Shown piece by piece: positions 62,123-64,000 of a DNA stretch of 64,000 nucleotides (within the stretch, counting starts at the first letter, position 1; every line of letters begins with the position of its first letter). The stretch comes from Alphaproteobacteria bacterium (GTDB taxonomy: Bacteria; Pseudomonadota; Alphaproteobacteria; MPNO01; UBA830), in contig OZ251539.1 in assembly GCA_965243135.1 (NCBI GenBank), forward strand, positions 608,001 through 672,000, given 5' to 3'. The notes beneath the pieces were generated by a model, which was not told where the DNA came from, did not search any database, and saw only the letters and a program-made list of their open reading frames with translations. A program made the position numbers and the translations under genes.

Positions 62123-62938
62123 ATGGCCCCGTCCGTCGCCGACCGCGGAGAGCCCATCCTCTCGGTCGAAAACATCGAAGTCGTGTATTCCGACGTCATT
62201 CTCGTCCTGCACGGACTGTCGCTCCAGGTCGCCGAGGGCGAGATCGTCGCGTTGCTCGGCGCCAACGGCGCCGGCAAGTCGACCACGCTGAAATCGATCT
62301 CCGGCCTGCTCAAGTCGGAGGACGGAGAGATCGCGTCGGGCGAAATCACCTTCATGGGCGAGCGCATCAGCGGCCGCGACCCGGACGAGATCGTCCGCCG
62401 CGGGATCTTCCAGGTCATGGAGGGTCGCCGCATCATCGCCGACATGTCGGTGATCGAGAATCTCCGCCTCGGCGCGCATACCCGCCGGGACCGCGGGATC
62501 AAGAGCGACATCGAGATGGTGTTCCATTATTTCCCGCGGCTTCGCGAGCGCACCGGACTCGCGGGCTATCTTTCCGGCGGGGAGCAGCAGATGCTGGCGA
62601 TCGGACGCGCCCTGATGGCGCGCCCGAAACTGGTGCTGATGGACGAGCCCTCGATGGGCTTGTCGCCGATGCTCGTCCGCGAGGTCTTCGGCATCGTCCG
62701 GCAGCTCAACCGCGAGCTCGGCATCACCATCCTGCTGGTCGAACAGAACGCCCGCATGGCGCTGCAGGCGGCTTCCTTCGGCTACGTGATGGAGCAGGGC
62801 AAGATCGTTCTCGACGGCACCTCGGACGCGCTTGCGGACAACGAGGACGTCAAGGAATTCTATCTCGGCCAGGGCGGCGAATCCCGGCGCGTTTTCCGCA
62901 ACATCAAGTCGTACAGGCGCCGCAAGCGGTGGCTGTAG
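62123..62938 (+). CDS. ABC ATP-binding protein (LivF-like)
   Basis: GANGAGKST, LSGGEQQMLA, MDEPSMGL, LVEQN. Confidence 0.95.
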   Translation: MAPSVADRGEPILSVENIEVVYSDVILVLHGLSLQVAEGEIVALLGANGAGKSTTLKSISGLLKSEDGEIASGEITFMGERISGRDPDEIVRRGIFQVMEGRRIIADMSVIENLRLGAHTRRDRGIKSDIEMVFHYFPRLRERTGLAGYLSGGEQQMLAIGRALMARPKLVLMDEPSMGLSPMLVREVFGIVRQLNRELGITILLVEQNARMALQAASFGYVMEQGKIVLDGTSDALADNEDVKEFYLGQGGESRRVFRNIKSYRRRKRWL

Positions 62939-62953
62939 GCCTCGCGGCAGGCG

Positions 62954-63448
62954 TCATTTTCCGAACAGGCCGCGGTTGCGGTGCCAGTCGGCGATTCCCG
63001 TATCCGGGTAGCGGTCGAAGATCGCGTCGCCTTCGCCGGCGTCGACCGCGACCCATGCCGTCTTGTAGTCGAGCATGAGGTGCGTGCATTCGGGCGGCGC
63101 GGGCAGGGGCGTGTCGATCGCCGACGCGAACGGATAAACCCAGTCCGGGTAGTCGGGCCCGTATATCCAGAGAGCTGATCCGCACTTCGAGCAGAAATGC
63201 CGCCGCGCCGGGCTCAACCCGTCTTCCTCGCGAGCGCCGCGGTCGTTCCGCGCCGAGCGGTAGACGGCGACGCGCTCTTCGCCTGCGACCTTGAGCGTCG
63301 CGGCATTGCCCATGATGTTGATCGCGTAGCCGCCGCCGCCTGCCGTCTTGCGGCAAATGCTGCAGTAGCAACGGTTATAGGGGTAGGGCGTGTCCGACTC
63401 CACGGTGAAGCTGACCGCGCCGCAGTGGCAGGAACCTTCGAGCAGCAT
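62954..63448 (-). CDS. GFA/CENP-V family protein
   Basis: GSCHCGAV, CYCSICRK, FCSKCGS. Confidence 0.9.
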   Translation of the reverse strand: MLLEGSCHCGAVSFTVESDTPYPYNRCYCSICRKTAGGGGYAINIMGNAATLKVAGEERVAVYRSARNDRGAREEDGLSPARRHFCSKCGSALWIYGPDYPDWVYPFASAIDTPLPAPPECTHLMLDYKTAWVAVDAGEGDAIFDRYPDTGIADWHRNRGLFGK

Positions 63449-63855
63449 GACGATCTCCGAACGGGCGTTAGCGATCAGTATTCCCGGCGCGCCCGGCGGG
63501 CGCAACCGCTCTTTCGTAACCGCAGCGGACCGCCCTCTGCGCGGCGGCCTGACGCGAAGCTTCGTCGGTTCGGCATGGCGCGCGGACGCGGCCGGGCCTT
63601 TCAGATTTGATGCGCAATTATTCCGGGCCGCCCGCGCGGGCGTGCCCGCGTCGGCGTGTCTGGAGCGCGTCCGGCGGCTTGCGGCATCCGCGAAGGTCGG
63701 GAAGCGAGCGGCCCGGCGAAACGGGCGCGCATCTCTTCGGCAGCGGTCGACGGCGGCGGCATCCGCCAGAACACCGGGCGTCCTCGGGATCGGCCGGCGC
63801 AGGCGGCGCAACGGCATGAGCGCCGCCCGGATTTTTACGGTCTATTTTCGGCGTC

Positions 63856-63999
63856 TTATGTTGCGGATCCAGTGAAAGGCGGCGAAGACGGGCGCGTCAG
63901 CGGAACGACCAGAGGCCGCCTGCCGCTCGCCCGAGAAGGCTCGGGCAGATCCTCGCCATCCCGGATCGTGGTCGCGATCAGTTCGCGCAGCAGATCCCT
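63856..63999 (-). CDS. C-terminal part of a probable HicB-like antitoxin (runs off window)
   Basis: RDLLRELIATTIRDGEDLPEPS resembles the HicB 'GEDIPEPS' motif. Confidence 0.4.
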   Translation of the reverse strand, partial: RDLLRELIATTIRDGEDLPEPSRASGRRPLVVPLTRPSSPPFTGSAT

Positions 64000-64000
64000 G

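Overview
GC-rich bacterial chromosome segment. Gene content (folE-hisI, egtBD, livFGHM-type ABC) suggests Alphaproteobacteria, and the AAA/PD-(D/E)XK, FGE-sulfatase and subtilase genes hint at a host-associated lineage (inference). 0.2-11.5 kb: catabolic cluster (two cupins, FAD oxidoreductase, hydantoinase/oxoprolinase A/B, SDR, xanthine-dehydrogenase-family Mo subunit, cysteine-dioxygenase-like cupin). 11.5-14.8 kb: AT-rich three-gene island (membrane protein, AdoMet-decarboxylase-like proenzyme, DUF3326 protein). 14.8-19.1 kb: TauD, SDR, MetE-like, hisI, folE. 19.5-33.4 kb: IS graveyard that resolves into two nested stacks with readable inverted repeats (IRs) and target-site duplications (TSDs), including an IS66 carrying a DUF4338 passenger. 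34-41.5 kb: lipoprotein subtilase and a PadB/PadC-D-like molybdoenzyme. 42-56 kb: decayed hipBA, egtBD, a MITE, a TTTG-targeting non-autonomous element that splits a signal peptide, a probable remote DGR target gene and decayed defence genes. 56-63 kb: acyl-CoA-ligase-linked branched-chain-type ABC transporter. No CRISPR array, tRNA or rRNA was seen. Best leads: the AT-rich three-gene island, the four-copy TTTG element, the orphan DGR target and the IS66-DUF4338 element.
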